This document shows, one piece after another, positions 1 to 10,857 of a DNA stretch of 64,000 bases (positions within the stretch are counted from its first letter, which is position 1; the number at the start of each line of letters is the position of its first letter). Under the pieces are notes generated by a model, which worked only from the letters and a program-made list of their open reading frames with translations, ran no database searches and was not told where the DNA came from. A program made the position numbers and the translations under genes. Source of the stretch: Centroscyllium fabricii (Eukaryota); assembly GCA_051313645.2 (NCBI GenBank), contig JBNRSN020000003.1:155186001-155250000 (forward strand), in the 5' to 3' direction.

Positions 1-32
1 CAAATGCTAATATGCCTTTGTGTGCTCTAGGG

Positions 33-222
33 TTAGATGTATGAGATCGGATTTCTCCCCTCCCCCGATGTGTGATCTTTGAGTTCAGTCTCTCTTTGTT
101 CACCTGACGAAGGGGCAAAAGCTCCGAAAGCTTGTGATTTAAAATAAAACCGTTGGACTATAAATCTGGTGTTGTGTGACTTTTTGCATTTGTCCACCCC
201 AGTCCAACACCGGCACCTCCAC
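33..222 (+). mobile_element. Penelope-like pLTR fragment with hammerhead ribozyme
   Basis: CACCTGACGAAGGGGCAAAAGCTCCGAAAGCTTGTGA followed by an AATAAA tail; near-identical copy on the minus strand at 36157-36254. Confidence 0.75.
100..137 (+). ncRNA. Minimal type I hammerhead ribozyme motif
   Basis: Stem I UCAC/GUGA, CUGACGA core, stem II GGGGC-AAAA-GCUCC, GAAA, palindromic AAGCUU stem III, CUU cleavage triplet. Confidence 0.7.
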
Positions 223-229
223 ATTATCT

Positions 230-2005
230 CAACTTTTAAGCCACATGGACCTTCAAAGCTGCCACATGGTACATCTGAGAAGTCAGACATATTTTCCTAT
301 ACTGCCCCAATTAGGTGTTACCACAAACTCGACTGTATGTACATAGATTAAGCTGGGCCTCAACCTTACTGCATATTCCAATCGAATTTTGCAAAGATGG
401 CCTGAAGCAGGCGGTAGACTTTTGATTCGAATATGCAAAGACTCTAATGCCTGTTCCAAGTGCACATGATGGACACCTACAGAGGAGCTCTAACTAACAG
501 TGGCATGCACCACACTCCTGCCATGGAATGAGCGCATGCAAGCTACCTACCACATTGGACTCTTAGGTGCCCATATTATGCCAGTAAAACAGGTGCAGCA
601 CGACCCAAGTTCTAGGTCAATGAGCCTGTCTTTCATAATCTATATTTATCTATGGTACCTGGAGGAGGAGGACAAAGATAAATAGGAAATGATGTTCGTT
701 GCCAGTGCTGTAAGTCAGCAGCGGAAAAGCATTTTCTGTATTTGTCCATATTCCTGTAACCGCATCTAAAATAGCTGGAGGACATACCTGAACCTGTCAG
801 TGTAACGGTGCATCTGGACACTGAGATTTTCCAGGGAGGTGGTCAGAAAAATTTGTGACCTTTTGAGAAAAGGCCTGGAGCTACACTGCAGGGTTAGCCT
901 CACATACCCTGTAGAGAAAAAAGTGACAATGGTCCAAAACGTCTGTGAATCAGGAATTTTACAACGGGAGACAGGGTATGTGGCAAACATCAACTCGTCA
1001 GAGGAGCACCATAGTATAGCCCAAGCCACGGGTTAATTGATCCAGGGAGCAGAGTGGATCATCTTAATTAACACTAAAGTGCCTCCCCCCACCCCCAAAA
1101 TATTAAATTCTACCTTTGCAAACTTCAACCAATTATCATAACAAAATGAAACAGAATCCTGAATAATAACTTGGTGACTCCTGATTTGCAGGTGCTTGGA
1201 ATTCAGAGGTACTAGCTTGAGGCTATTGCTCCACCACAGTTGGATGTGGGATGGGTAACAGCCTGACCCTGTATATTCTCAAGGTCAGATGCGGTTGATG
1301 GAAGGGGGAGATGGTTTCAGTGGAGCTGGTGCAGGCCGGAGAACATGCAACATCCACTGACTAATTCCCCTCTTTCTCCGGTCATGCCTCCACATGAGCT
1401 GATCAATGTGAGAACTGACCCAACAGCATTGGTGACACTCTGGAAGTCTCTGACCATGTCTGTCTTTAGTGGTCCCAGGTTGTACCATCTGCAATTCTGC
1501 CTGCACTTTCTCTTCCTCACTGTTGCTGTGCACTGTGTCAAGTGCTCCGTAACTCAGTAACAGATCAACTCTGAAATGGATAAATCTGTGCTGGTGCTGC
1601 TATTGGAATGGGTGATGCAGGGTGTTGTGAGGTGCTAGGTTTTTTCTAGTCTGCAGGTAGAGCGACCAGCTGTGGTGGTGGTGGCGGGGTGGGGGGGGGG
1701 GGGCGGTGGTGGGGAGGGGTGGTGGGGGGAGGGGGGAAAATTGAGGATGCTGGGTCCATCCCCAGAAACATTGTTAAGCTGCCTATGTGTCAAACTGTAG
1801 AAGTGAACCTCCAGGTGGGGTGATTAAAGATGCCTGGTCTGATCTGCCATATCGCCGCCAGCCCTACCCTGCAATAGCGGAAACTTGTCACCAGCCCACC
1901 CGTTACACCAATGGCTTTGATTGGGGTGGATGGAGACTCTGTCTGGAACTGGTTATGGCAGAAATCCTGACATAAACCGGGACCCATTGTATCCAGATCT
2001 TGGCC
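230..2005 (+). mobile_element. Decayed PIF/Harbinger transposon remnant
   Basis: ~780-1000 translates to YLNLS..C...LRFSREVVRKICDLL..L....PVEKKVT, resembling the Harbinger transposase N-terminus; GGCC-type right end at ~2005. Left boundary uncertain. Confidence 0.55.
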
Positions 2006-3777
2006 TAATTTGTGGCCTTTCCAGCACACTCCCACCAAAGTTACAACAGGCATGTGAAAACTTAATTTTAACTCCATACTTATTGAAGGATTATTGATGC
2101 AAACCCAGGTAGTAAAACAAACAATTCAAGCATGTATTTCAAACAATAACTGATGCTTACACCCACAGAGTACATAAAATGCTAATTAAACATGTCTGAA
2201 TTAAAATTTAACAAAATAATTCTTGTAAATTTATAACAAAAACAGGAAATGCAAAATGCACAGCAAGTTGTTCAGCATCTGAAAACAAAATTTAGGTACT
2301 GTTTCATATGTCGGCCTTCATCAAAACTGGCACAGTCAGACTGTAGAAACCTTTTCTGGACTGCCAAGGTCAAGTCAGATTATGCCCAAGAAAACAAAAA
2401 GGATGGAGAAAAACAGCTATATGGCAACAGTTCCTGGCCATTACATAGAGAACATACTCAACTAATTTACTCCAGGATGAGGGATCTGGAGTGTTATTGG
2501 CAGAAATATGTAGACTGTTAACTACTTGTCAACTATGTTTTCCTTCCTTGCCAATTTTCTTCCCATCGCTCCTCTTCTGATGGTGTTGGCTCCTTGTTTG
2601 GGTATGGTTTGCCCAAGTACCCAGTATTCAGATTGAGCCTTGACAGTGAGTATCAACAAGCTATTCAAGCATGGGGGCCATTATATGTGAGTCCAATTCT
2701 TTCCTCGCCAAATATCTACCCAAATGCAAGTCCACCACTGTCAAACAGTGATTAGGAATGAACATCCTGGCTAGGTTTTCCTTCTCTACCTTATGAAGTT
2801 ACCAGAAAAAGTGGTCAGCCTGAGGATTGGGATCTTTTTAGAAATCAGCAAAGGGGGACCAAGAAATTGATAAAGAAAGGGAAAATGGAATATGAGCACA
2901 AACTAGTGAAAAATATAAAAACGGATTGTAAAAGCTTCTGTAGGTATGTGATAAGGAAAAGACTGGCAAAGGTAAATGTAGATCCTTTACAGTCAGAGAT
3001 GGGAGAATTTATAATGGGGAATGAGGAAATGGCAGAGAAATTAAATAAATACTTTGTTTCTGTCTTCACAGAGGAAGACACAAAAAACCTCCCCAAAATA
3101 CGAGAAAACCAAGGGTGTGGCGATTATGAGGAACGTAAATAAATTATTATTAGTAAAAAACCAGTACTAGCAAAATTAATGGGACTAAAAGTCAATAAAT
3201 CCCAAGGAGCGGATGACCTACATCCTAGGGTTTTGAAAGAGGTGGCCATTGGGATGGTGGACGCATTGGTTGTCATCTTCCAAAATTCTAGCGATTCTGG
3301 AACGGTTCCTGCAGATTGGAGGGTGGCAAATGTAATCCCGCTATTTAAGAAAGGAGGGAGAGAGAAAACGGGGAACTACAGACCTGTTAGCTTCACATCA
3401 GTAGTTGGGAAAATACTGGAATCTATGAGAAAGGATGAAATAACTGGGCACTTAGAAACTAATAGTAAGATTGGGCAGAGTCAACGTGGATTTATGAAAG
3501 GGAAGTTCTGTTTGACAAACCTATTGGAGTTCTTTGAGGATGTAACTAGTGGAGTAGACAAAGGAGAACCGGTAGATATGGTGTATTTCGATTTTCAGAG
3601 GGCCTTCGATAAGAGGTCGGTGAACAAAATTAGGGCACATGGAATTGGGGATAATATAAAGGTTGAACACCGTTATAACAGCACGGGCAGGACTAGGCCC
3701 GGGCCGGTATAGCAAAAAAAACGGAAGAACAAAGCCGGCCAGTGCGCATGTGTGCACCATTCAAAATGGCATGCGCA

Positions 3778-4055
3778 TGTGGCGACACGCCCACCGGCAG
3801 CCACGAACCCGCGCTGGGAAGGCTGCAAAGCGGCCCCGCCCGTCGGAGGACGCACGGACTTCCCCGACGTGATGACGTCACCAGGTGGCCAGCCGGCAGT
3901 GACGTCCCCAGCGGCGGGACCTTTAAATACCTGAGCACCAGGTGGCTCAGTCTCTTTCTCCCTCTCTGGCCCTAGCTGTAACAAGTAGTTAATAAAAACT
4001 CTGCTTTTAACCCCTCTGTGTCCAGCGTGGTCCTTCAGCCTTGCAGGCCTCAACA
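3778..4055 (+). repeat. 5' LTR
   Basis: TGTGGCG...CAACA; TATA-like TTTAAATA ~3922, AATAAA 3991, CRE palindrome TGACGTCA 3873-3880. Confidence 0.95.
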
Positions 4056-4056
4056 C

Positions 4057-4068
4057 TGGTGACCCCGA
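4057..4068 (+). other. Primer-binding site, tRNA-Trp
   Basis: TGGTGACCCCGA equals the first 12 nt of the canonical tRNA-Trp PBS TGGTGACCCCGACGTGAT (as in avian alpharetroviruses). Confidence 0.9.
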
Positions 4069-4151
4069 TACCTGAGACGTTTCTCAGGTGAACAATGAAG
4101 CAGCCACTGCAGGACTGAGGGCCAGGCTGCCGCAGCCGAATCGCTACCACC

Positions 4152-7100
4152 ATGCCAGCAGCAAACGACTCAGCACGCCAAGGCAGACGGGGCCAAGTTT
4201 ACCTCCCGGTCCCAACCATACCACAATTCTGGGAGCTCCGTCCAGCGGCTTGGTTTCGCAACACCGAGAACACCTTCCGCATCCATGGCGTGCACGCAGA
4301 CGACCGCTACAGCCTGCTCTTCGCAGCCCTCGCACAGTCCACCATCGACAGAATGTGGGACACCATCGAGGAAGACACTTCTGCTGGCAGGTACGAATCG
4401 CTAAAGGCCGCGCTGCTCGCAAAATTTACCCCAACCATTTTCGAGCGCGATTGCCAGGTCATTAACCTCCCCGACCTGGGAGATGCAGACCCCACCGACT
4501 TGTGGGCCCAGCTCGAGGCGCTCAATCGCGACTCAGACACCCTTAAGCGCACCCTCTACCTCCTTAAGCTGCCGCCCTCCATCAGACCGACACTGACGGT
4601 CTTGGAGCACCTCTCAAACAGGCAGCTAGCTCAGGAGGCAGACAAGCTCATTAAGGCCGAGCGCACCCGCGCCACCATGCACCGCCACGCTGCCGCTCAA
4701 CAAGAGCAGCACCAACCACAACCCCGGCCCCAACTCAGAGCCGCGCGGACCCACAAAAAGCCACGCACCGCGGCAACCGGCTGGTGCTACTACCATACCA
4801 GGTTTGAGGCCAAAGCGCAGCGCTGCGTTCCGCCCTGCAACTTCAAACCCCAAACCTGCCCCAGCCCCACCATGTGCGTCGGCCGCTCCGGAGCGCTGCT
4901 CTTCGTTACAGACAGTGTCTCAGGCCTCCGTTTCCTCTGCGACACAGGCGCGCAGCACAGCATCGTGCCAGCCTCCCCCGCAGAATCCAAGCAGGGCACC
5001 CAAGGCCCACCACTCGAAGCCGCAAACGGCTCCGAGATACTCACGTTCGGTACCCGCCAGCTTACCATTAAACTAGCAGGCCACAGGTATACGTGGGACT
5101 TCATCACCGCGCAGGTTAACACGCCCCTACTCGGAGCCGACTTTCTGTGCGCCCACGGGCTCCTTGTCGATGTTACCCGGCGCCGCCTGGTCGACATCCA
5201 AATCATGTCGACCATTCCGTGCTCCACAGCCCCAGCACACCAGACCCACGCGGCAGCTCACTGCCGGGCCCGCAACTCCGACACGTACGCCACGCTGCTC
5301 GCCGAGTTCCCCACCCTAACCAACCCCACCTTCACAGCCCGCTCCGCCAAGCACGGCGTAGAGCACCACATCACCACCACAGGCCCCCCGGTCCACGCCC
5401 ACGCACGCAGGCTGGACCCGGCCAAGCTAGAGATCGCTCGAGCCGAGTTCCACATCATGGAACAGCTCGGCATCATCCGCCGCTCCAGCAGCCCCTGGGC
5501 CTCCCCCCTCCACATTGCCCCCAAACCCGATGGCGGCTGGCGCCCCTGCGGAGACTACCGCCGCCTCAACAACGCCACCACCCCGGATAGGTACCCAGTC
5601 CCCCACATCCAGGATTTTTCCGTGAGGCTAGCCGGCTGCACGGTCTTTTCAAAGATCGACCTGGTACGGGGCTACCACCAAGTTCCAGTGCACCCTGCGG
5701 ATGTCCCTAAGACAGCCGTCATCACCCCATTCGGCCTATTTGAATTTCTCCGGATGCCCTTCGGACTCAAAAACGCGGCCCAGGCTTTCCAGCGCCTCAT
5801 GGACTCAGTCCTCCGGGACCTCCAGTTCACATTCGTCTATCTCGACGACATCCTGGTGGCCAGCGCCTCCCCCCGGGAACACCTCATCCACCTCAGAACC
5901 CTTTTTAAACGCCTGGCCGACCACGGCCTCATATTAAGCCCCTCCAAGTGCCGATTCGGCCTCGAGGCTATTGACTTCCTCGGCCACCACATCTCCCACA
6001 CCGGGGCCATACCCCTGCCCTCCAAGGTGCAGGCGGTCCAGGAATTCCCCCGCCCGCACTCCATCAAGGGGCTGCAGGAATTCCTTGGAATGGTTAATTT
6101 TTACAACCGTTTCATCCCCGGCGCAGCCGCCCTCATGGCCCCCCTCTACCAGGCCACCCACGGGCAATCCAACAAGACCGCGGTCGAGTGGACGGCCGAA
6201 GCCGCCACCGCTTTCACCGCAACCAAAACGGCCCTTGCCAAAGCCACCCTCCTCAGCCACCCCAGGCCCAACGCCAGAGTAGCCCTCACCACCGACGCCT
6301 CCGACCACGCTGTCGGAGCAGTCTTCGAGCAGTGGTCGGGCGACTCATGGCAACCACTGGCCTTTTTCAGCCGCCGCCTCCGGCCCCCAGAGGTCAAGTA
6401 CAGCGCCTTCGATAGGGAGCTACTCGCTCTCTACCTCGCAGTGCGCCACTTCCGCTTCCTTTTAGAGGGCCGCCACTTTACAGCATTTGTGGACCACAAA
6501 CCATTAGTCTCCGCAATGGCTAAGCTCTCCGAACCCTGGTCGGCCAGGCAGCAGCGCCAGCTCGCGGCCGTGTCCGAGTTCACGACCGACATCCAGCACA
6601 TTGCCGGCCGCGACAACGTGGTCGCCGACTGCCTCTCACGACCCGCCATTCACAAGCCCAACCCCGACCACCCCGCAGGCCCCGCCATCAGCAGCGCAGG
6701 CACAACCGGCACCCAAACCGCCGACCACCCCCCAACCCCAGCCACCAACCGCGCCTGCGCACACTGCTGCACATTCCCAACCACCAACACTGTCCAGACC
6801 GCGGTCGACTACGTCAAAATGGCGGCCGACCAACTCAGCGATCCCGACCTCCTCGACCCCACCAACAAACTTCCCGGCCTACTCTTGGCCACCGTAGCAC
6901 ACGGACCCACAGCCACGGCGGTCCGCTGCGACGTCACCCTGCCCCAACCCAGGCCCGTGGTGCCCCCCGCGTGGAGGCAGCACATCTTCCAGACCCTCCA
7001 CGGCCTCTCCCACCCCGGCGTCCGCGCATCCACCAAGCTCATCTCTGCGCGATTCGTTTGGCGCGGCCTAAAACAAGATGTCCGCGCCTGGACCACCTCG

Positions 7101-8099
7101 TGCAATGCCTGCCAGCGAGCCAAGGTGCACAAACACATCAAAGCACCGCTCCAACCAATCGCCATCCCAGCCAGACGCTTCAGCCACGTGCACATCGACC
7201 TGGTTGGACCACTACCCCCATCACGTGGACACTCGTACCTCCTCACAATGGTCGACCGCACCACCCGCTGGCCTGAAGCGGTCCCCCTCAACACGACCAC
7301 CACCGCCGAACTGGCCAGGGCCTTCATCGCCACCTGGGTCGCCCGCTTCGGCGTCCCCAACGACATTACTTCAGACAGGGGCCCCCAATTCACTTCAACT
7401 CTATGGTCAACCATCGCTCACGACCTTGGGGTAACCCTGCACCGAACCACTGCCTACCACCCGCAAGCCAACGGCCTCTGCGAACGGTTCCACCGAACTT
7501 TTAAAACATCCCTGCGGGCCAGCCTCCAGGACGCAACCTGGACGGACCGCCTGCCCTGGGTAATGCTCGGCCTCCGCACAGCGGCCAAAGAAGATCTACA
7601 CGCCTCGGCAGCCGAACTCGTCTACGGCCAACCACTAACCGTACCAGGCGAGTTCGTCGCAGAAACAAACGAACCCTGGTCGGCCGAGCGCTGCCTCAGG
7701 GAATTTAACAACCAGGCAGCAGAATTCAAACCACTTCCGGTGGCCCGCCACGGTCAACCGGCGACACGCGTCCCCAACACCATTCAGGACGCCAAGTACG
7801 TGTTTGTCCGCCAGGACTCTCACAAAACACCGCTGCAGGCACCGTACGACGGGCCATTCAGAGTGCTTCGGGCGGGACCCAAGACTTTTGACATTCAAAT
7901 GGGCAACAGAACTGAGACCGTATCCATTGACCGGCTCAAACCAGCACACGTAATGGCGGGCGAGACAACAGTCCCCGCACAACCACCTAAACGCGGCCGC
8001 CCTACCGCACCAAAACCCGCCCACACTCCCACACAGACCAACAAGCAACACATCACACGTGCCGGCCGTACCATCAGGCCACCTAAGCGCCTCGCCTGA
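4152..8099 (+). CDS. Gag-Pol polyprotein (1315 aa)
   Basis: CHCC knuckle CYYHTRFEAKAQRCVPPC (CsRn1 clade hallmark), protease LCDTGA, RT YLDD, RNase H TTDAS...ADCLSR, integrase HHCC, HIDLVGP/SDRGPQF/NGLCER (DDE), GPF motif; order PR-RT-RH-IN. Confidence 0.97.
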   Translation: MPAANDSARQGRRGQVYLPVPTIPQFWELRPAAWFRNTENTFRIHGVHADDRYSLLFAALAQSTIDRMWDTIEEDTSAGRYESLKAALLAKFTPTIFERDCQVINLPDLGDADPTDLWAQLEALNRDSDTLKRTLYLLKLPPSIRPTLTVLEHLSNRQLAQEADKLIKAERTRATMHRHAAAQQEQHQPQPRPQLRAARTHKKPRTAATGWCYYHTRFEAKAQRCVPPCNFKPQTCPSPTMCVGRSGALLFVTDSVSGLRFLCDTGAQHSIVPASPAESKQGTQGPPLEAANGSEILTFGTRQLTIKLAGHRYTWDFITAQVNTPLLGADFLCAHGLLVDVTRRRLVDIQIMSTIPCSTAPAHQTHAAAHCRARNSDTYATLLAEFPTLTNPTFTARSAKHGVEHHITTTGPPVHAHARRLDPAKLEIARAEFHIMEQLGIIRRSSSPWASPLHIAPKPDGGWRPCGDYRRLNNATTPDRYPVPHIQDFSVRLAGCTVFSKIDLVRGYHQVPVHPADVPKTAVITPFGLFEFLRMPFGLKNAAQAFQRLMDSVLRDLQFTFVYLDDILVASASPREHLIHLRTLFKRLADHGLILSPSKCRFGLEAIDFLGHHISHTGAIPLPSKVQAVQEFPRPHSIKGLQEFLGMVNFYNRFIPGAAALMAPLYQATHGQSNKTAVEWTAEAATAFTATKTALAKATLLSHPRPNARVALTTDASDHAVGAVFEQWSGDSWQPLAFFSRRLRPPEVKYSAFDRELLALYLAVRHFRFLLEGRHFTAFVDHKPLVSAMAKLSEPWSARQQRQLAAVSEFTTDIQHIAGRDNVVADCLSRPAIHKPNPDHPAGPAISSAGTTGTQTADHPPTPATNRACAHCCTFPTTNTVQTAVDYVKMAADQLSDPDLLDPTNKLPGLLLATVAHGPTATAVRCDVTLPQPRPVVPPAWRQHIFQTLHGLSHPGVRASTKLISARFVWRGLKQDVRAWTTSCNACQRAKVHKHIKAPLQPIAIPARRFSHVHIDLVGPLPPSRGHSYLLTMVDRTTRWPEAVPLNTTTTAELARAFIATWVARFGVPNDITSDRGPQFTSTLWSTIAHDLGVTLHRTTAYHPQANGLCERFHRTFKTSLRASLQDATWTDRLPWVMLGLRTAAKEDLHASAAELVYGQPLTVPGEFVAETNEPWSAERCLREFNNQAAEFKPLPVARHGQPATRVPNTIQDAKYVFVRQDSHKTPLQAPYDGPFRVLRAGPKTFDIQMGNRTETVSIDRLKPAHVMAGETTVPAQPPKRGRPTAPKPAHTPTQTNKQHITRAGRTIRPPKRLA

Positions 8100-8307
8100 G
8101 GCGACACGGGCAGAGCATTGACGGCCCGCCACAACACCATCTTTCGAACCACGGAACAGCACACAACACCTGCCGGCCACAACACCAGGCCATTGCGGCA
8201 AACTGTCGGACATTCTGTGTGTAATCGAAATGTGTGTCTGCTCTCTTTTTTGTCTCCCTCTCCTCTAGGAAACTACACTTCCCCTCGCGGATTCTGGGGG
8301 GGAGCTG

Positions 8308-8585
8308 TGTGGCGACACGCCCACCGGCAGCCACGAACCCGCGCTGGGAAGGCTGCAAAGCGGCCCCGCCCGTCGGAGGACGCACGGACTTCCCCGACGT
8401 GATGACGTCACCAGGTGGCCAGCCGGCAGTGACGTCCCCAGCGGCGGGACCTTTAAATACCTGAGCACCAGGTGGCTCAGTCTCTTTCTCCCTCTCTGGC
8501 CCTATCTGTAACAAGTAGTTAATAAAAACTCTGCTTTTAACCCCTCTGTGTCCAGCGTGGTCCTTCAGCCTTGCAGGCCTCAACA
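8308..8585 (+). repeat. 3' LTR
   Basis: Offset 4530 from the 5' LTR; only difference seen is G3975 vs T8505. Confidence 0.95.
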
Positions 8586-10857
8586 CGCATAACATTGGAA
8601 ATGGCCGCCGCAAAGTGTTGACTGATCTGTGCATGCGCCGCCGAATGGCGAGCGCATGCGCAGATCATTCAAAAATGGCCACCAGAAGTTTTGAATGGTC
8701 TGCGCATGCGCTCACCGTTCAGCGGCGCATGCGCAGATCATTCAAAACTTCCGGTGGCCATTGTGAATGATCTGCGCATGCGCTCGCCGTTCGGCGGCGC
8801 ATGCACAGATCATTCGCCGAAGCATCGATCTCGGTGGCCATTTTGCGCATGCGCAGGGCAGTCGGGGCAATTTATGCTGGCCAACTGAAGTTTCCGCCTT
8901 CCGGTTACTGGATAAACGGTGTTCAACCTGTATTAGCATGGATTGAGAATTGGTTAGCAGACAGAAAACAAAGAGTAGGGATAAGCAAGTCTTTTTCAGG
9001 ATGGCAGGCTGTGCTTAGTGGGTTACCGCAAGGATCAGTGCTTAGGCCCCAGCTATTCACAATCTATATCAATGATTTGGATGAGGGGACTAAATGTAAC
9101 ATTTCCAAATTTGCTGATGATACAAAGCAAGGTGGCAGTGTCAGTTGTGAAGAGGATGTGAAAAGGCTTCAAGGGATCTCGACAGGCTCAGTGAGTGGGC
9201 GAGAACATGGCAGATGGATTATAATGTGGATAAATGTGAAGTTATCCACTTTGGTAGAAAAAACAGAAAGGCAGAGTATTTCCTAAATGGTGAAAGATTG
9301 GGGAATGCAGATGCTCAAAGGGACCTGGGTGTTCTTATACATGAGTCACTGAAAGTGAATGTGCAGGTGCAGAAAGCCATTAGGAAGGCAAATGTTATGC
9401 TGGCCTTCATTACAAGAGGATTTGAGTACAGGAGTAAAGAAGTCTTACTCCAATTATATAGGGCCTTGGTGAGACCACACCTGGAGTACTGTGTACAACT
9501 TTGGTCTCCTTACCGAAGGAAGGATATACTTGCCATAGAGGGAGTGCAACGAAAGTTCACGAGATTGAATCCTGAGATGGCATGACTGTCGTATGAGAAG
9601 AGATTGAGTAAACTAGGCCTGTATTCTCTTGAATTCAGAAGAATGAGAGGGGATCTCATTGAAGCATACAAAATTATTACAGGGCTTGATAGGGTGGATG
9701 CTGGGAGAATGTTTCCCTTGGCTGGGGAGTCTAGAACCAGGGACCACAGCCTCAGGATAAAGGGTAGGCCTTTCAGGACTGAGATGAGAAGACATTTCTT
9801 CAGAAGGTGGTGAATCTTTGGAATTCTCTAACCCAGAGGGCTGTGGAGGCCCAGTCATTGGGTATATTCAAAACAGTAGTCGATAGATTTCTGACTAGTA
9901 AGGGCTTCAAGGGATATGGCGATAGGGCCGGGGAATGGAGTTGAGGCAGAAGATCAGCCATGATCTCATTGAATGCGGAGCAGGCTCGAACGGCCGAATG
10001 GCCGACTCCTGCTCCTATTTCTGATGTTCATAAGTGTATTGAGGTTAATTGTAGCAGCTCCGCCAGAGAGCGACTAATTTAACACAAACTCAGGACCCAA
10101 TTTGGGACCTTTGTGATTTGCATGGCTCAGCTACTCACTGGATGGGCTCGCTGAGCTATTGGGGAGTGGCAAGTACTCTTTGATGTTATTTTGCTTTTGG
10201 ATTTTGCTATGTTAGATATTGTAAAACAGGGCGTAGACAGCGACAGTATGAAAAAGATGTCTCACAAAACCAAACCTGTTGATTTCTGACAGCATTAAAA
10301 GCGACAAAAAATTATGCTCGATTGCAAATGGTTAATTATATAACTTACACATGGCCAAATGCCTGCTCCTGCAAGTTTGGTTCTACATAAGATGGTTACC
10401 ATTACATTGGAACTTTTACATGGACATAAGGGCTGGCTCCCCTCACTGTGACCCCAGCCATCCCCAAAACCCTTTTTCAACTCCTACCACACTCTGGTAT
10501 CCCTTTCCCAATACTCCCAATCACCGCAATGGCCCCTTATATAGTTCCATCACTCCACAACTACCGTCCTAGTTATGCATCCTCCAGGGCTCACAAACCC
10601 CCATAATTCCTGTTCTCAATCCCCAGACCACCTCGCCCTATTCCTGCTGACCCACACAGCCCCCCAACAGTACTATATGCAGGTCTTACAATTTTTCTCC
10701 AACCTACCTATCTGGAACATCTGCCCTACTTTCTTCCCAATATTGGCTTTACAAAATTGCTAAATAAACTTTTAATCTTAATCAAGGCCACTGATTTACA
10801 GTTTCCATGCAAATATGCATAATCATAGAATTTGAGCCCAAAATTATCCCTAAAACT

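Larger units (their letters stand above)
3778..8585 (+). mobile_element. Full-length Ty3/Gypsy LTR retrotransposon, CsRn1/Kabuki-like clade
   Basis: Two 278-bp TG...CA LTRs with one mismatch seen, 4-bp TSD CGCA (3774-3777 / 8586-8589), tRNA-Trp PBS, PPT GGGGGGGAG (8296-8304), intact gag-pol ORF. Confidence 0.97.
3659..8930. mobile_element. pogo/Tigger-type MITE interrupted by the Gypsy element
   Basis: TIRs (A/C)AGGTTGAACACCGTT ... AACGGTGTTCAACCTG, TA duplication (3657-58 / 8931-32). Removing it restores CR1 coding sequence GGGGATAATATATTAGCATGG. Confidence 0.9.
2794..10030 (+). mobile_element. 5'-truncated, degenerate CR1 LINE (split by MITE and Gypsy)
   Basis: ORF2 pieces DWRVANVIPLFKKG, YRPVS, YFDFQRAFDK, PQGSVL, KFADDTK, LVRPHLEYC; CR1 3' tail ending ~10030. 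Confidence 0.92.
2540..10170 (-). mobile_element. Old SINE-like repeat split by the CR1 (halves ~2540-2793 and ~10031-10170)
   Basis: Reverse complements of both halves line up by eye with the + strand copies at ~37010-37164 and ~59283-59600. Confidence 0.55.

Noticed and set aside
4088-8634. Many overlapping and antisense ORFs in the Gypsy element, possible env
   Set aside because: Expected in GC-rich coding DNA; only ~200 bp separate the pol stop from the 3' LTR, leaving no room for env.
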